From the NCBI RefSeq assembly GCF_009914755.1, contig NC_060927.1: a DNA stretch of 64,000 nt. One strand, 5' to 3'. A model generated the notes under the pieces. It was given only the letters and a program-made list of their open reading frames with translations. It was not told the DNA's origin and made no database searches. Of the stretch, positions 34,063 to 50,716 are shown piece after piece (the stretch's first letter is position 1; each line of letters begins with the position of its first letter). Both the position numbers and the translations under genes were made by a program. Source of the DNA: the human T2T-CHM13v2.0 reference genome, Homo sapiens.

Positions 34063-36185
34063 TATGTAGCCTATTTTGAACTAATAATCCTCAGTTCTGT
34101 GCCTGTAGTTGCTGACAGAGCCAACACTTCACAAGTGTTGGCTTCTGAAGTGTGTTTGTCTCTTGCTTAAAGCAAACTCGGTACAACGTGATCTGCACTT
34201 ACAAAACTAATAACAAATTAATAACAAATTAGATCTCTGCTCCTGTTACCAATGACCAATATTCTATGTGCAAGAGAGCATAAGTAGAAGGAGACAGACT
34301 TTTTCCAAACAAACAGATCCCTTGAGCAAATGCCCTTTAAAGTTTAAAATAACAACCCCCTTGGGTTGTGCAGGCCTTTAACTTTTCAGAGAGCTTTAAG
34401 TACCTTAACTCTTCTTATTTTATTAAAACACCCAGGTCATGGGTTGGTTTTTTTTCTTTCCAAGTTAGTTAAATAAATAAGCAATTATGACGCAGCGCCA
34501 CATGGCCAACAGCTTTTAGCTTATAAACATAGAGTTTGAAAAGCAGTACTTAGAGGCCAACTTGGTTGGCTGCTGCCGGCAGGAGGGAGCCGAGCTGTTC
34601 CCGGCCCAGATAACACTTAAAGGGCCAGGCAGGCCCTCATGCATGCACATTTGTCTACATCCAGGGAGCTGTTTTTTTTCTGATGCAACATGAATTTCAG
34701 TGTGGTTTTTTTTTTTTTTAAGTGCCAAATTGTGAGCTCCTGATGGCCAGCCACTTGTGTCTTATAAGCCTCCACAAAGCCTGGTGCAACTCCTTGTATG
34801 TCACAGACATAGACATGTTTGCTGACAAATTGTTTGTGTTTTATGAGCGTTTATAATGGCCTTTTAAGTAAGTGACGTTTTAGAGTTTGCTGAATGAAGA
34901 GTGATTTTTATTTAGTCTCAGAGGCACAGTTGTTTGGTGTGGTTGGTTTTTTTTGGCCACCCCTCCCCCAATCTATCTCTAATTTTAAGATGTGATTCAC
35001 TAGGAAAATATGATTCTGTTAATTGAATTCATTTTAGAGCCAACTTTTCAGGAACCTATCTATTTCTGTAAAGTGAGAGCCACTTGTAAATGTACCGTTT
35101 GGTGCCAGCACTCAAATTTTCCCTGACTCAGTTGCTCCAGTGGTGTTTAAATATCTTCCCATAAATCAGGCAGCCAGCGCTCCATACTTATTTACTGGGT
35201 CTTGTGATTCAGCCCAGGATCCTGATAGTGATCTTGGATGGGTGATATAAATAGACTAGGATTTGCCAATGGCTATTTTTATCAGGGAAGCTTTCTAAGT
35301 TGATTTCTTTGAACCCAGAACAACTTCCTCCCTCTGGCTTCCCCTGTTTTCCTCCAAGACTAGGGAGATCCTTTCTTTATTCTGCCCGCCCATCTTCTGC
35401 CCCTCCCCCAGCCAGCTGGTGTCTGCAGAAATTAGAAGGAAGGTACGTGCCTGACACAGAGTTGCCTGAAATCATATATCTTTACCCCCTTTCAGGATCA
35501 TCTTTCTTTCATCCGGCCCAAGAATGGCACCTTCCCCGCCCATCAGGCCACCTGCACTCAGGAGTCGGCTGCCTGTCCTGAAATAGATCTCTACCAGCTC
35601 TCAAGCAGAACAATTCCTTGCATTCATACTTGAATGTATAATTTGTGTTATTACCTCTTATTTGTCTTTGTAAGTTTGTCCCTGCCCCAGTTTAAAAAAA
35701 AAAAAAAATCTGAGTTACTGCTACTGAACCAAAGGGCCTCATTCGAGGTCTTCTTTCTCCCCACCCCCTCCCCCATCCCAGTGATACAGATGCTGCCTTG
35801 TCTGGTCAGGCCTTCAGGGAGGATGTCCTGACCCCCTCAACCCCCCATCTCCAAAGCTGTCCCTTCGCTCTTTGTGCAACTCGCCGCCCACATCCAGCAC
35901 AGTAAAAGCAGGCTGTCAGCTGGGAGAGGCTCGCCTTGGAGGACTGTCCTTTCTTTACATCCTCTTCCCAGGGCTTCATGCTGCAAAACAGCACATTCTC
36001 AACATGAAACAAAAATGGATTCTGTTTTCTTTTTCACCTAGTGTTTTTGGCCATACTGTTCTTGGCAGTCAGACTTCCAGGCTTGGGGTAGAATCGATAG
36101 CTTAAAAGATAAATGTTTACACTGGTCAGCAATGTGCCATTTGGAGCCTTGGTGCCCCTGGATAATTTGCCAGAGTCTGTGGCTT

Positions 36186-37471
36186 TGTGTCCGGAATTGG
36201 TGGGTTCTTGGTCTCACTGACTTCAAGAATGAAGCCGCGGACCCTCGCGGTGAGTGTTACAGCTCTTAAGGTGGCACGTCTGGAGTCTGTCCCTTCTGAT
36301 GTTCAGATGTGTTCGGAGTTTCTTCCTTCTGGTGGGTTCGTGGTCTCGCTGGCTCGGGAGTGAAGCTGCAGACCTTCGCGGTGAGTGTTACAGCTCATAA
36401 AAGCAGCGTGGACCCAAAGAGTGAGCAGTAGCAAGATTTATTGCAAAGAGCAAAAGAACAAAGCTTCCACAGCGTGGAAGGGGACCTGAGCGGGTTGCCA
36501 ATGCTGGCTCAGGCAGCCTGCTTTTATTCTCTTATCTGGCCCCACCCACATCCTGCTGATTGGTAGAGCCGAGTGGCCTGTTTTGTCAGGGCGCTGATTG
36601 GTGCGTTTACAATCCCTGAGCTAGATACAAAGGTTCTCCATGTTCCCATCATATTAGTTAGATACAGAGTTTCGACACACAGGTTCTCCAAGGCCCCACC
36701 AGAGCAGCTAGATACAGAGTGTCGACTGGTGCATTCACAAACCTTGAGCTAAACACAGGGTGCTGATTGGTGTATTTGTAATCCCTGAGCTAGATATAAA
36801 GACTCTCCATGTCCCCACCAGACTCAGGAGCCCAGCTGGCTTCACCTAGTGGATCCCGCACTGGGGCTGCAGGTGGAGCTGCCTGCCAGTCCCGTACTGT
36901 GCGCTCACACTCCTCAGCCCTTGGGCGGTCGATGGGACTGGGCGCCGTGAGCAGGGGGTGGTGCTCGTCGGGGAGGCTCCGGCCGCACAGGAGCCCATGG
37001 CGGGGGTGGGAGGCTCAGGCATGGTGGGCTGCAGGTCCTGAGCCCTGCCCCGCGGGAAGGCAGCTAAGGCCCAGCTAGAAATCGAGCACAGCACCGGTGG
37101 GCTGGTACTGCTGGGGTACTCAGTACACCCTCCGCAGCCACTGGCCCAGGTGCTAAGTCCCCCACTGCCTGGGGCCAGCAGGGCTGGCTGGCTGCTCCGA
37201 ATGCGGGGCCCACCAAGCCCACACCCACCCAGAACTCCAGCTGGCCTGCAAGCGCCGCACGCAGCCCTGGTTCCCGCTCGTGCCTCTCCCTCCACACCTC
37301 CCTGCAAGCTGAGGGAGTGGGCTCCAGCCTTGGCCAGCCCAGAAAGGGGCTCCCACAGTGCAGTGGGGGGCTGAAGGGCTCCTCAAATGCCACCAAAGTG
37401 GGAGCCCAGGCAGGGGAGGTGCCAAGAGCAAGCGAGGGCTCTGAGGACTGCCAGCATGCTGTCACCTCTCA
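36186..37471 (-). mobile_element. LTR12C-like (ERV9) solo LTR, copy 1
   Basis: Minus TGAGAGGTGACAGC...CCAATTCCGGACACA; perfect TSD gctt (36182-36185, 37472-37475); three ATTGG/CCAAT boxes in the enhancer repeats. Confidence 0.95.
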
Positions 37472-37811
37472 GCTTCACCCACCCAGTGACCTTGAGTCTC
37501 CTTAACTTTCCAACTAGCCTACCTCCCAGAGGTCCCCCACACCCCTCTCCCCTCCTTCGGCCAGCCCTGAGGGCCAGGCCCTTTCTCACTTCCTGAACCA
37601 AGTACTGGAAGTAGAAGAAACTGTTGTCAGGCTCCGAGTTCCACCTCTGGGTCAAGGGCTCCAGAGCCTGGTGCTGCAGCTTGGCCAAGGGAACCCAAAA
37701 ACCAGGTCAGCAGTACATCCACTCTCTGAGCTTTGGTTCTGTCATTGCACAGGATTAATGTTCCATCTCAGATTAACTCTGAAATCAAATGAGGTAATGT
37801 ATTAGTACTTG

Positions 37812-39118
37812 TGTGTACAGAATTGGTGGGTTCTTGGTCTCACTGACTTCAAGAATGAAGCCATGGACCGTCGCAGTGAGTGTTAACAGTTCTTAAAGCG
37901 GCACGTCTGGAGTTATTTGTTCCTCCTGGTGGGTTCGTGGTCTCACTGGCTTCAGGAGTGAAGCTGCAGACCTTCACGGTGAGTGTTACAGCTCATAAAA
38001 GCAGTGTGGACCCAAAGAGTGAGCAGTAGCAAGATTTATTGCAAAGAGCTAAAGAACAAAGCTTCCATAGTGTGGAAGGGGACCTGAGCGGGTTGCCATT
38101 GCTGGCTCGGGCAGCCTGCTTTTATTCTCTTACCTGGCCCCACCCACATCCTGCTGATTGGTCCATTTTACAGAGAGCTGATTGGTCCATTTTACAGAGA
38201 GCTGATTGGTGCGTTTACAATCCCTGAGCTAGACACAAAAGTTCTCCAAGTCCCCACTAGATTAGCTAGATACAGAGTGTGGACACAAAGGTTCTCCAAG
38301 TCCCCACCAGAGTAGCTAGATACAGAGTGTCAATTGGTGCATTCCCAAATCCTGAGCTAGACACAGGGTGCTGATTGGTGTGTTTACAAACCTTGAGCTA
38401 GATACAGAGTGCCGATTGGTGTATTTACAATCCCCTAGCTAGACATAAAGGTTCTCCAAGTCCCCACCAGACTCAGGAGCCCAGCTGGCTTCACCCAGTG
38501 GATCCCGCACCGGGGCTGCAGGTGGAGCTGCCTGCCAGTCCTGCGCCGTGCGTCTGCACTCCTCAGCCCTTGGGTGGTGGATGAGACTGGGCGCCGTGGA
38601 GCAGGGGGCGGTGCTCGTTGGGGAGGCTCGGGCTGCACAGGAGCCCACGGGAGGCAGAGGCTCAGGCATGGTGGGCTGCAGGTCCTGAGCCCTGCCCCGC
38701 GGGGAGGCAGCTAAGGCCCAGGGAGAAATTGAGCGCAGCACCAGTGGGCCAGCACTGCTGGGGGACCCAGCGCACCCTCTGCAGCCGCTGGCCTGGGTGC
38801 TAAGCCCCTCATTGCCTGGGGCTGGCAGGGCCAGCCGGCCGCTCCCAGTGCGGGGCCTGCCAAGCCCACGCCCACCCGGAACTCCAGCTGGCCCACAAGT
38901 GTGGCGTGCAGCCCCAGTTCCTGCTCCCGCCTCTCCCTCCACACCTCCCTGCAAGCTGAGGGAGCCAGCTCCAACCTTGGCCAGCCCAGAAAGGGGCTCC
39001 CACAGTGCAGCAGTGGGCTGAAGGGCCCCTCAAGTGCCGCCAAAGTGGGAGCCCAGGCAGAGGAGGCGCTGAGAGTGAGCGAGGGCTGCGAGGGCTGCCA
39101 GCATGCTGTCACCTCTCA
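37812..39118 (-). mobile_element. LTR12-family (ERV9) solo LTR, copy 2
   Basis: Same termini; perfect TSD cttg (37808-37811, 39119-39122); six ATTGG/CCAAT boxes. Confidence 0.95.
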
Positions 39119-39159
39119 CTTGGAGTGCTTTATGAAACGTAGAGAGCATAACAACAGCA

Positions 39160-39575
39160 AGAATATCGTAGCTGCTGTCTTATGAACATCTACTGTGTAC
39201 CAGGCACTGGGTTTCTTTTTTTGAGGCAGCATCTTGCTGTGTCACCACTATGCAGTCTTGATCTCCCACGCTCAAGCAGTCCTCTCACCTCAGCCTCCCA
39301 AGTAGCTAGAAGAACTACAGCTACTCATGTGCCACTATGCCAAGCTAATTTTTTTTTGGTTTTTTAGTAGAGACAAGGTCTCAGCCACTGTGTTTAGTTT
39401 AACACATGACTGTCTCATCTAATCCTGATAAATACCCTTGAAAATATTAACACCGCTCTTTTATAGGTAAGGAAAGTCAGGCTCAAAAAGATGAAGTAAG
39501 TGGCCCAGGATGACAAACGAAGGAAAGTGGTTGAGTCAAGATTGGAATCTGGCCAGTGTGACTTTTAGACCCATG
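39160..39575 (-). mobile_element. MIR interrupted by a partial reverse AluJ (~39212-39390)
   Basis: tactgtgtaccaggcactg and ttataggtaaggaaagtcaggctca...aagtggcccagg MIR motifs around Alu sequence. Confidence 0.65.
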
Positions 39576-39999
39576 TTCTCATCTACTAAGCAAACTGTTT
39601 TCCTTCCCATAATCAGGATTTGCAAGAGAAGCATAATTAACTTTGAAGATGGGCGTTTGCAATTCATTTTCTTGGGATACCCATCTGACCTTCCCTTTTC
39701 AGATCAGCAGGCAGTTTCCTGTGCTTAGGACTCATTCCCCTCTGCAGAAGGAACTCTGGTGATTTTCCCACTGGGAGAGGGAGACATGAGATGTGGCTTC
39801 CTGTTCCAGGAAATACCGCCCAGTCTTTTTACCCACCCTCAGCCACCCCATGCACTATGTTAGTCATAGTCAGTGCATGGCGCTAGCCAGCTCTATGGTG
39901 ATTCTGCCGGGTAAGCCACTAGCTGTTGAGATGACCAAAGCTCAGAAAGTGCTTGCTGCATTTCTGTTTCTGTTGTTGACAGTGGCCTGATATGCATAG

Positions 40000-40449
<450 letters not shown>

Positions 40450-40537
40450 TAGGTTTTAAAATGCTTCGTTCCTGAGAAGATCTGATAGAAGTTGAATTTT
40501 AGTTTTAATTCAAGAAAAGGGACACTATAACACTTAG

Positions 40538-40896
<359 letters not shown>

Positions 40897-41531
40897 TCAA
40901 GTGTATATTGACAAGACATTGTCCCAGGGGTAATGACAGAATTGAAAATGGTGACATGGGGCAGTGGGCTGCACAGCCACATGTATACATTAAGCCTCAT
41001 AGAACTGTTCTCTCTTTCTCTCTCTCTCATACACATACACATCAGTTTTATCACATGTGAATTTTTAAAATATTTTAAGTAAGATGGACCCTTTTCCTCA
41101 AAGAGTGTAGGTACAGTTTAATGGGGGATAAGACAATGAATTCTCTTGCTGGGCTAAAGACAGTCTAAACCACAAGAGAAGTTGAAAAAAGCAGTGCTGT
41201 GGGGCTTGAAGCCAGCATGAGACACTGCTGGCCACGGGAAGTCTCAGCCTTGATGGTTGGGTAGTGTGTGCTGAAGATCAGAAAGTTTGTGGAAGGGCAG
41301 GGTAGAGGCATGGGGGAAGGACATACGTTTTGGGAACAGCTCACATTCCTTTTTAAAAAAAAAAAAAAACAAAAAAACATAGGACATAGTTCCTAAGCTG
41401 ATGTTTGTTGAGCACCAACTCTGTACCAACTGCTATGTTAGTTTCTGGGGACTCTGAGATGGAAAGAATGCATCCCCAACTCATCAGGGAAGATATACAG
41501 ATGGCAAATAAACACATGAAAAGATGTTCCA

Positions 41532-41678
41532 ATAGCATTAGGAGATATACCTAATGCTAAATGACTAGTTAATGGGTGCAGCACACCAACATGGCACATG
41601 TATACATATGTAACAAACCTGCACGTTGTGCACATGTACCCTAAAACTTAAAGTATAATAATAATAAAATTAAAAAAA
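41532..41678 (+). mobile_element. Very short 5'-truncated L1PA4-like insertion
   Basis: L1PA 3' terminal ~147 bp; TSD aaaagatgttcca. Confidence 0.88.
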
Positions 41679-42123
41679 AAAAGATGTTCCACATCATATG
41701 CCCATTCAAATGACTAGATACCATGTAAACACCTACTAGAATGGCCAAAATGCAAAACACTGACAACACCGAATGGTAGTGAGAATGTGGAGCAACAGAA
41801 ACTCTCATTCATTGCTGGTGGGAATGCAAAATGGCACAGCCACTTAAAACTAAACACACTCTTACTGTGTGATCCAGCAATTGCACTCCTTGAGATTTAC
41901 CCGAATTAGTTGATAATAGGTCCACACAAAAACCTGCACTTGATGGTTATAGCAGCTTTATTCATAATTGCCAAAACTTAGAAGCAACCGAGATGTCCTT
42001 CAGTAGGTGAATGGAGAAATAAACTGTGGTCCATCCAGACAATGAAATATTCCATGATAAAAATAAATGAGCTATCAAGCCATTAAAGACATGGAGAAAG
42101 TTTAAATGCATATTACTAAATGA

Positions 42124-42415
42124 GGCTTGGCGCAGTGGCTCACACCTGTAATCGCAACACTTTGGGAGGCTGAGGCAGGTGGATCACTTGAGGTCAGGAA
42201 TTCAACAACACCCTGGCCAACATGATGAAACCCCGTCTGTACTAAAAATCCACAAATTAGCCGGGTATGGTGGCATGTGCCTGTAGTCCCAGCTACTCGG
42301 GAGGCTGAGGCAGGAGAGTCACTTGAACCTGGGAGGTGGAGGTTTCAGTGAGCTAAGATCGCACCACCACACTCTAGCCTGGGCGACAGAGCAAGACCCT
42401 GTCTCAAAAAACAAA
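42124..42415 (+). mobile_element. AluS
   Basis: TSD catattactaa(a/g)tga. Confidence 0.9.
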
Positions 42416-42425
42416 CATATTACTA

Positions 42426-42725
<300 letters not shown>

Positions 42726-43586
42726 TCAGGTTAAGGGAGAGAAGAGGATGAATAGGTAATGCACAGAGGATTTTTGAGGCAGTGAATTAAAAGAAAAAAA
42801 ACTCGATCCCTGTCCTTACGGATCTCTGGTCTAGTCGGAGTCAGCAGGCACACAGAGGCCTGCTGAGATGGAGAATCGATGCTCAGATTCTTCCTCTGTA
42901 TCCAGAAGAAGCCAGAGGAGGGTACTGCCTGGCCCTGGGAGGCTTCACTAGAGGTTTTCGAGAGGAAGATGCACGTCTAAGGTGTGACGGGAAAGGGCCA
43001 GAAAGAGAATGAGGGAAGAACATTCCAAGCCACAGAAATGGCACATGGAAGAGAGCAGAGATGAGAGGAGAAACCATCTGTGACTTAGGTGGCTCAGCAG
43101 AGCTGGAGAGAGTCGGGCAATTGAGTTGAAGCACAGGCTGGGGCCGTGCCATGCAAGGCTTTGCCAGCTATACAAGGGCACCACATGCCGTGGGGAGAAC
43201 CAGAGTGTTTTTAGCAGGGTGGTGTGATCAGATTCCTACTTCAGAAAGATGGGCACAGTGTGAGGGATGGATTGGGGTGATCAGGCTGGCTCAAGGAGTC
43301 CCAGTCAGAGAGGGCAGGCTAGAAAGAAGTAGACAATTGAATCGATGTTGAAAATATAGAATGTACAGGCTCTGGTGATTGGTTGGATGGTGAGTGGGAG
43401 AGAGGAAGGGGACCAAGGTGCTTCCCTGGGGTCTAGTTTAGATGGGTTGAGGGCGGGGCAATCAGAGAAAGACTAGTTGTAGAGAGAGGGAGCAGGAAAA
43501 GGGAAATAGAGCTAGAAAGTTAATTAGAACCATGCTGTGAGGATACTGAATGCCAAGGTCAAGACTGTATTGAAAAACCTGAGCCA

Positions 43587-43927
<341 letters not shown>

Positions 43928-44841
43928 TTACTCTGTTTCTTTGCTACATCAGACTTTGACCAGAACCTGAGATGGAGATGGACATCTGGGAGTTGCTGGA
44001 TTCTAGAATAAACATTTGACAGCCTTTCCCAGAGTGGCCCATACCCAAATTGATAATCAGGATTGTGGAAGCATAGGGAAACACTTGATAGGAGCTGAAA
44101 AGCAGTGTACTTTTAAGAGAATAACTTTCACTGAATTCTAACAATTATTTCTGAAAGTATTGAATTCAACTGGTAAGATAAACAATCTTAATCTCCTATG
44201 ACCCCAAGTTTCTCAGCTGGTAAATGAAGGAAAAAGACCTGTTGATCTCAGAATTCTCTTGCAGCTCTGCAATTCTAGCCTAATAAAAATTTTCATCAAG
44301 ATTTAAAAAAAAAATCTTATATAAGTAAATATAGAGTCCAGTGCTATTTTTCATTGATCTTCAAACATTTTTTTCCCCAAATTTTAATGCTGAAACACCA
44401 ACTTGCCAAATTTTCCAGAGTGCAAATCCCCTGCCCAGTGAGCTGTTATTATTTGAAAATATTGTGGCCTCTAAAGCTGACTTTATCTTTAAAAAACAAT
44501 TTTTTTTTAACCAGCAAAAGGAATAAATTTCCATGTTTATACCAATGAGTTTCCTGAAACTAAGAAAAACTAACCATTATATTGTTTCATGTAAGGAACT
44601 TGGGTACTATCATAATCCCCATTTTAATGATGAGGAAATAAATAGGCGAAGGTAATTATTTCAGACTGTGTTTCCTTGACGCAGTATTTCTGGATGGTGA
44701 ATCTTACTCAGATTTTGTTTTGATGCTATTCTTGGGATTGACTTGAGAAGCACCAGTGGCTGACTCTTTCTTTCTCAGTGCGGAGGGGTAAATTGGGAAC
44801 AAGCTGTCTTGCTTTCATCATATTATTTGCTGTCATCATGA

Positions 44842-45180
<339 letters not shown>

Positions 45181-45429
45181 GAGAGGAGTTTTTATACTAC
45201 CTTAAGCATCTTTTGTTTCAAACCAAATCATCTTCACTTCCTCCTTCCCCTCCCCACTTGCAGATAATGACAGATTTTTTGGGATCTTACCACGGAAATA
45301 GCTTTGGGGCCACCTTCATACAGCTCAAGGCTGTGCTGATGTTGCAGGAGTGAGGGAAGGAGAGATCCCGTCCCATCCCCCAGATGGCAGCTGTGTGTTT
45401 GAGACTTTTGCACATGAATTTGTTTAATT

Positions 45430-45570
45430 TTCACCAAGGTCTTGTGAGACAAGGAAACTGAGGCTCAGAGAATGTCAGTAAACCCACCCAGAGTCACACA
45501 GCTAAAAGATGGCAGAGCCAGGATTCGAACCCACTTAGGCAGACCCCAGCTCATGCTCCACACCTCGATA
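45430..45570 (-). mobile_element. MIR
   Basis: aaggaaactgaggctcagaga ... ggcagagccaggattcgaaccca. Confidence 0.75.
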
Positions 45571-46703
45571 TGCTCCTCTACCATGAGTGGCAAGCCCTGG
45601 TTTATTAAAACTTTCCCAGCAGTGTTAGAGAACTCAAATGTCCGAAAGGCCATTCTCTTCCATTAGTTTATTCACTCAGTAAACAAGTGGAGCTGATACA
45701 TCTACTTCCCTCCTATTTTGAGGGATATTTTGAGGATTAAAGAGCTATAATTCTGCTTATAGCTCAGCAGCGAGTGTGTGCTAACCAGTAGCTATTATGG
45801 CTACTGATGGTGGCTGCCGTGCCAGGCACCATACCGGATGGGCTGGGGACATGGGGATGAGGAAGATGCCGTGCTGGCCCTGGAGGAACACACACACAGG
45901 CAGCAGAGGAAATGGCCCCACAGCAAACAACAAGTGTGGGTGAAAGCAGGGCCTCAGCACACACATTCTACACTTCTGAGCTCGCCCTGTACCTCACAGC
46001 AGCCATTATGGCCACCTGACAAGCTTGGTCTCACAGTCATTCTGTGGATCTGGGCCTTGGCTTGTCAGTAACTGGCAATGTGTTTGGGAAGTGATTTCTC
46101 TTTCTTCATTATGTCAGCATTTAATAATAATAAAGAAAAAGTCAGCATTTAGTAGGAGCCACCCCACACCTCACCCGCCAGCATTCTTCCCTGAGAAGTA
46201 GGCACAGTTGGTTGTGAGTCTTCTCCATGGGGCCAACATTCTGCAAACAAGTGAGCATTTCCTTGCACTTAAGGCTGCCTATTAGCATCAGGGGAGTAGT
46301 AGTTGCTCCAGGCCCCACGCAGGAGCTTGAGAGGGAGAATAGCAGAGTGGACAGCTGTAGACCATTGGGTTCCCAGTTTCCCCTTCCATGATATGGGGAA
46401 CATGGTAAAAATGCCTGTCTCGCAGCAATGCTGAGACATAGTTCCAACAGATGACAGATCATGAGATAATACGTGTGCAGCATTTCAGATCAGTAGAGCC
46501 CTAGGCAGCCATTGGTTGCCATAGGCAGCCATGAGTTGAGAAGGCCAGTGCCACAGGAGCACAGGGGCCTAAGAACGCTGGCCATACGTGCTAGATGCTG
46601 ACAAAGACCAGGGGAAAGCAGAGTGTGACTGGGACCGGCACAGGAAAGGGTGGCTAAGAGTCACAGAGGGTGACCTCACCTGGACTCATAAACCCAAAGA
46701 TGA

Positions 46704-47170
<467 letters not shown>

Positions 47171-47269
47171 CCAGCCCAGGAAGTTTTGTGGGGAATTTTC
47201 CTGACATGGAATGACTCTAGACTGCCGCCGCTGCCGACAACAATAACAAAGTAGATAAAGCCTACTGGT

Positions 47270-47470
47270 ATGGCACTCAACTCTTTATGCCGTTGGTCCT
47301 CACTGCAGTCCTGACGTAGCTACCATTGTTATCTGCATTTTGTAGAAAGGGACACTAAGGGCCATAGAGTATTAAGGGACTTGCCCCTAGGTTATCAGCT
47401 AATAAGTGACCAAGCCAGGGTTCCGTTTCAGATCTGTCTATCCCTAGAACTCAAGCCCTTAACCCAAGCA
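47270..47470 (-). mobile_element. MIR
   Basis: attgttatctgcattttgtagaaagggacactaaggg...ttaagggacttgccc. Confidence 0.65.
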
Positions 47471-48189
47471 TTACAAGGTTATTCTTGGGAGGAGAATTGT
47501 ATGCCTTCCAAGTGCATTCACCTCCTTTCAGCTAGCTGTGCCCTACTTGGGAACAGCCCTGTGGAAGAGGTAAGTCACCATGCAGAGGCTGGCAGATCAT
47601 GTTGATGGAGTATCAGGGAACTCTGACACCCTGAAGCTGGGGAGAATCATGTATTTTTAGAACTGCCCACCTTTTGTGCCTTCATTCCTTTCTGCTAACT
47701 ATAGGTGGGTTTACAGTAATTTGGAGATGATTCTGGGCTTGCTAGGGGACACTGGGGAATTCCGGAATAAGCTCACGATTTATTAGTGAGATGAGCGGAT
47801 GAGCCTCATACTGTGCACAGTTCTGCAGGTCGGCTGAGTTAGTCACCAGGACTTAGGCAAGGCCACTGAGACACTCCTGTAAGAAGCTGGACAGAGCTGG
47901 GAGGGGCTTGAACCAGAAGGAATCGTGCCCCAAGGCAGCAGACATAATTATTCATAGAATTTAGACTAAAATTCTAGAGGTCATTTATACCAAAATGGTC
48001 TACCCAAAGCTTTCAGTGGGTAATTTCATATGACTGTGAACAGTAAATTCAAGTAAATCGTAACCTTCAAAATCGCCTGTCAAATGCCCACCCCAGGCCT
48101 AGACTGCTCTGAGCTTGTGGTACAGACTGTGAACATGCATGCTGTTTTGATTTAGTGTCTGAAGGCTTCCTTTCACAAATTAGTAGATA

Positions 48190-48385
48190 GCTCTGGATCT
48201 AGAACAAACGTATCTGAGGTCAGGTCCCAGCCCGCCACCTACCAGCCGCATGACCTCAAGCCACTTGCTTTTCCTCTCTCAGCCCTGTTTTCTCATCTGT
48301 AAAATGGACACAATGATACCTTTTAGGGCTTTTCAGAGGTGCCGATGAAATAGCCTGTACTTTATAAAGTATGTTGTAAATGTTG
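48190..48385 (+). mobile_element. MIR
   Basis: ctcagccctgttttctcatctgtaaaatgg core. Confidence 0.7.
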
Positions 48386-49796
48386 CTGACATAATTTTGT
48401 GTCCTGTAGGAAATGCTTCCTTGGGTGTTTGTATTATAGCCCAATCCAAGTCATCCCTGAGAACATCCCCAGGTTGTAAGGATTAGTCAGAAGTCATGAT
48501 GACTGTTCTATATAAATATTTGGCCTATTAACTAAAATTAGTACCTTTCCATTTCTTCTCTTTCTTGGGCGGGGCAGCGGGGGAGTGCAGGGGAGGGGAA
48601 ATAGGGAACGTTCAATTGTGTTTTAAGTAATGCTCATAAAATTCTTAGCCAAAGATGATCTTGCCCTCCACCTTGGTGACCCACCGCATACGGGGTACAT
48701 CTATCTGGCCTGTCTCTAGGCCTAGACAGAAGAAACAGGGAGGATTATTGTTAACTTTTACCACATGTATGACTTGTTCCCGGACAACCCATTCTTCCTT
48801 TAGGCAGAGGTGATATGCACTGAAGTGTTTGATTTAGAGTGATGGAAAAGTCTGTGCTGCCATTCCTCAGGGAGTCCTAAACGTTGATTTGCCTTTGGGA
48901 GGGCCAGGCTTCACGAAAACCTGATTTACGGTGTTGCTCTGGGCCTGATTTCCTTTGCACACTCTGGAGGAAGTGCTCTGGTGATGTTGGCACTGAGCAA
49001 GCAACAAAGGTTTTAAAATGTCGGCCCTGGAAACAAAACTGTACCTTGTGATGTTAGAATAATTATACCACACTTGATCTCTGATTACGGCCAAAACAGC
49101 AGTTGCTAAATCCAGCTAACATGGAAAAACTAGAAAAAGTGAGGGGAAATCAGCCAAATGCATAGCAAGGGATGGGGAAAGCGGACCTGGACTGGACACA
49201 GAATCTTCTGTTTCCACTTGTCTGGTAATAACTGCAACACTTCATGGTCCCCAGCCCCAGCGCCCACCCCTTGTCTAGAGCCATTGCGCTCTGCATGTTG
49301 ACACTAGCTGTGGGAACTCTGTGATTTAAAGTTGAGTTGAAAGAACTGCTTTTATCATTTCAAGTATGTAGCCCCAGGCCAAAACAGACAAAACAATTTT
49401 TTAAAGTCTCAGTTCAAAAGCAGCTTGAAATATTCTCTGTTCCATCAAAAGGAACCCCAAATCTCTCCACTGTTCTGTGGGCCCCTTTCCTCTGATTGTC
49501 TACCTGGCAGGCTCCCCTTCACTAGCTGTGCTGTGGCTTAGTTAAGCTGAAGTTGAAACACAGACAAAGGAAGGCATTGCTTTCCAGCCACAATGGAGAA
49601 GCCCATTCCCACTCTTGTCCCCACTGGGAAACTGGGTTAGAGTTCTGAGAAATGGGATTTTGGGGTTTCCCTTCAACTGTGAAATATTACAGAAATACAC
49701 AAGTTCCATACACAACGGTGATAGCTGCTACATATTTCTCAGAAAAGCAGAATTCTAATAAAGAATGTATAGTCTGTTTTTTATGCTTTAATAAAT

Positions 49797-50140
<344 letters not shown>

Positions 50141-50317
50141 GGCATTCTGAGTCGATAGCAGATCCCCATTGTCCTGTCATCCTCCAGGTGAGGTTCTGTG
50201 TCTTACAGATTAAGAACATGACCCTAAATCAGCAGCAGATGTTTAAAATAACACAGAAACAAACCTCGTATATTCTATATTTTCCCTAGCCGCTTCAGAA
50301 TTTGCTATGAAATTTAA

Positions 50318-50716
<399 letters not shown>

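Noticed and set aside
34480-34600. CTCF-like motifs (cagcgccacatggcc; ccggcaggagggagc)
   Set aside because: Only partial matches to the core consensus; not supportable without ChIP data.
36186-39118. Internally deleted ERV9 provirus (LTR-spacer-LTR)
   Set aside because: Each LTR has its own distinct TSD, the LTRs differ in structure, and the spacer shows no recognisable PBS, polypurine tract or viral coding sequence.
49187-49292. Short minus-strand open frame (…HEVLQLLPDKWKQKILCPVQ) ending at CAG|GTCCGC
   Set aside because: Protein-like by eye, but I cannot match it to a known protein, the splice signals are weak and no partner coding exons are evident.
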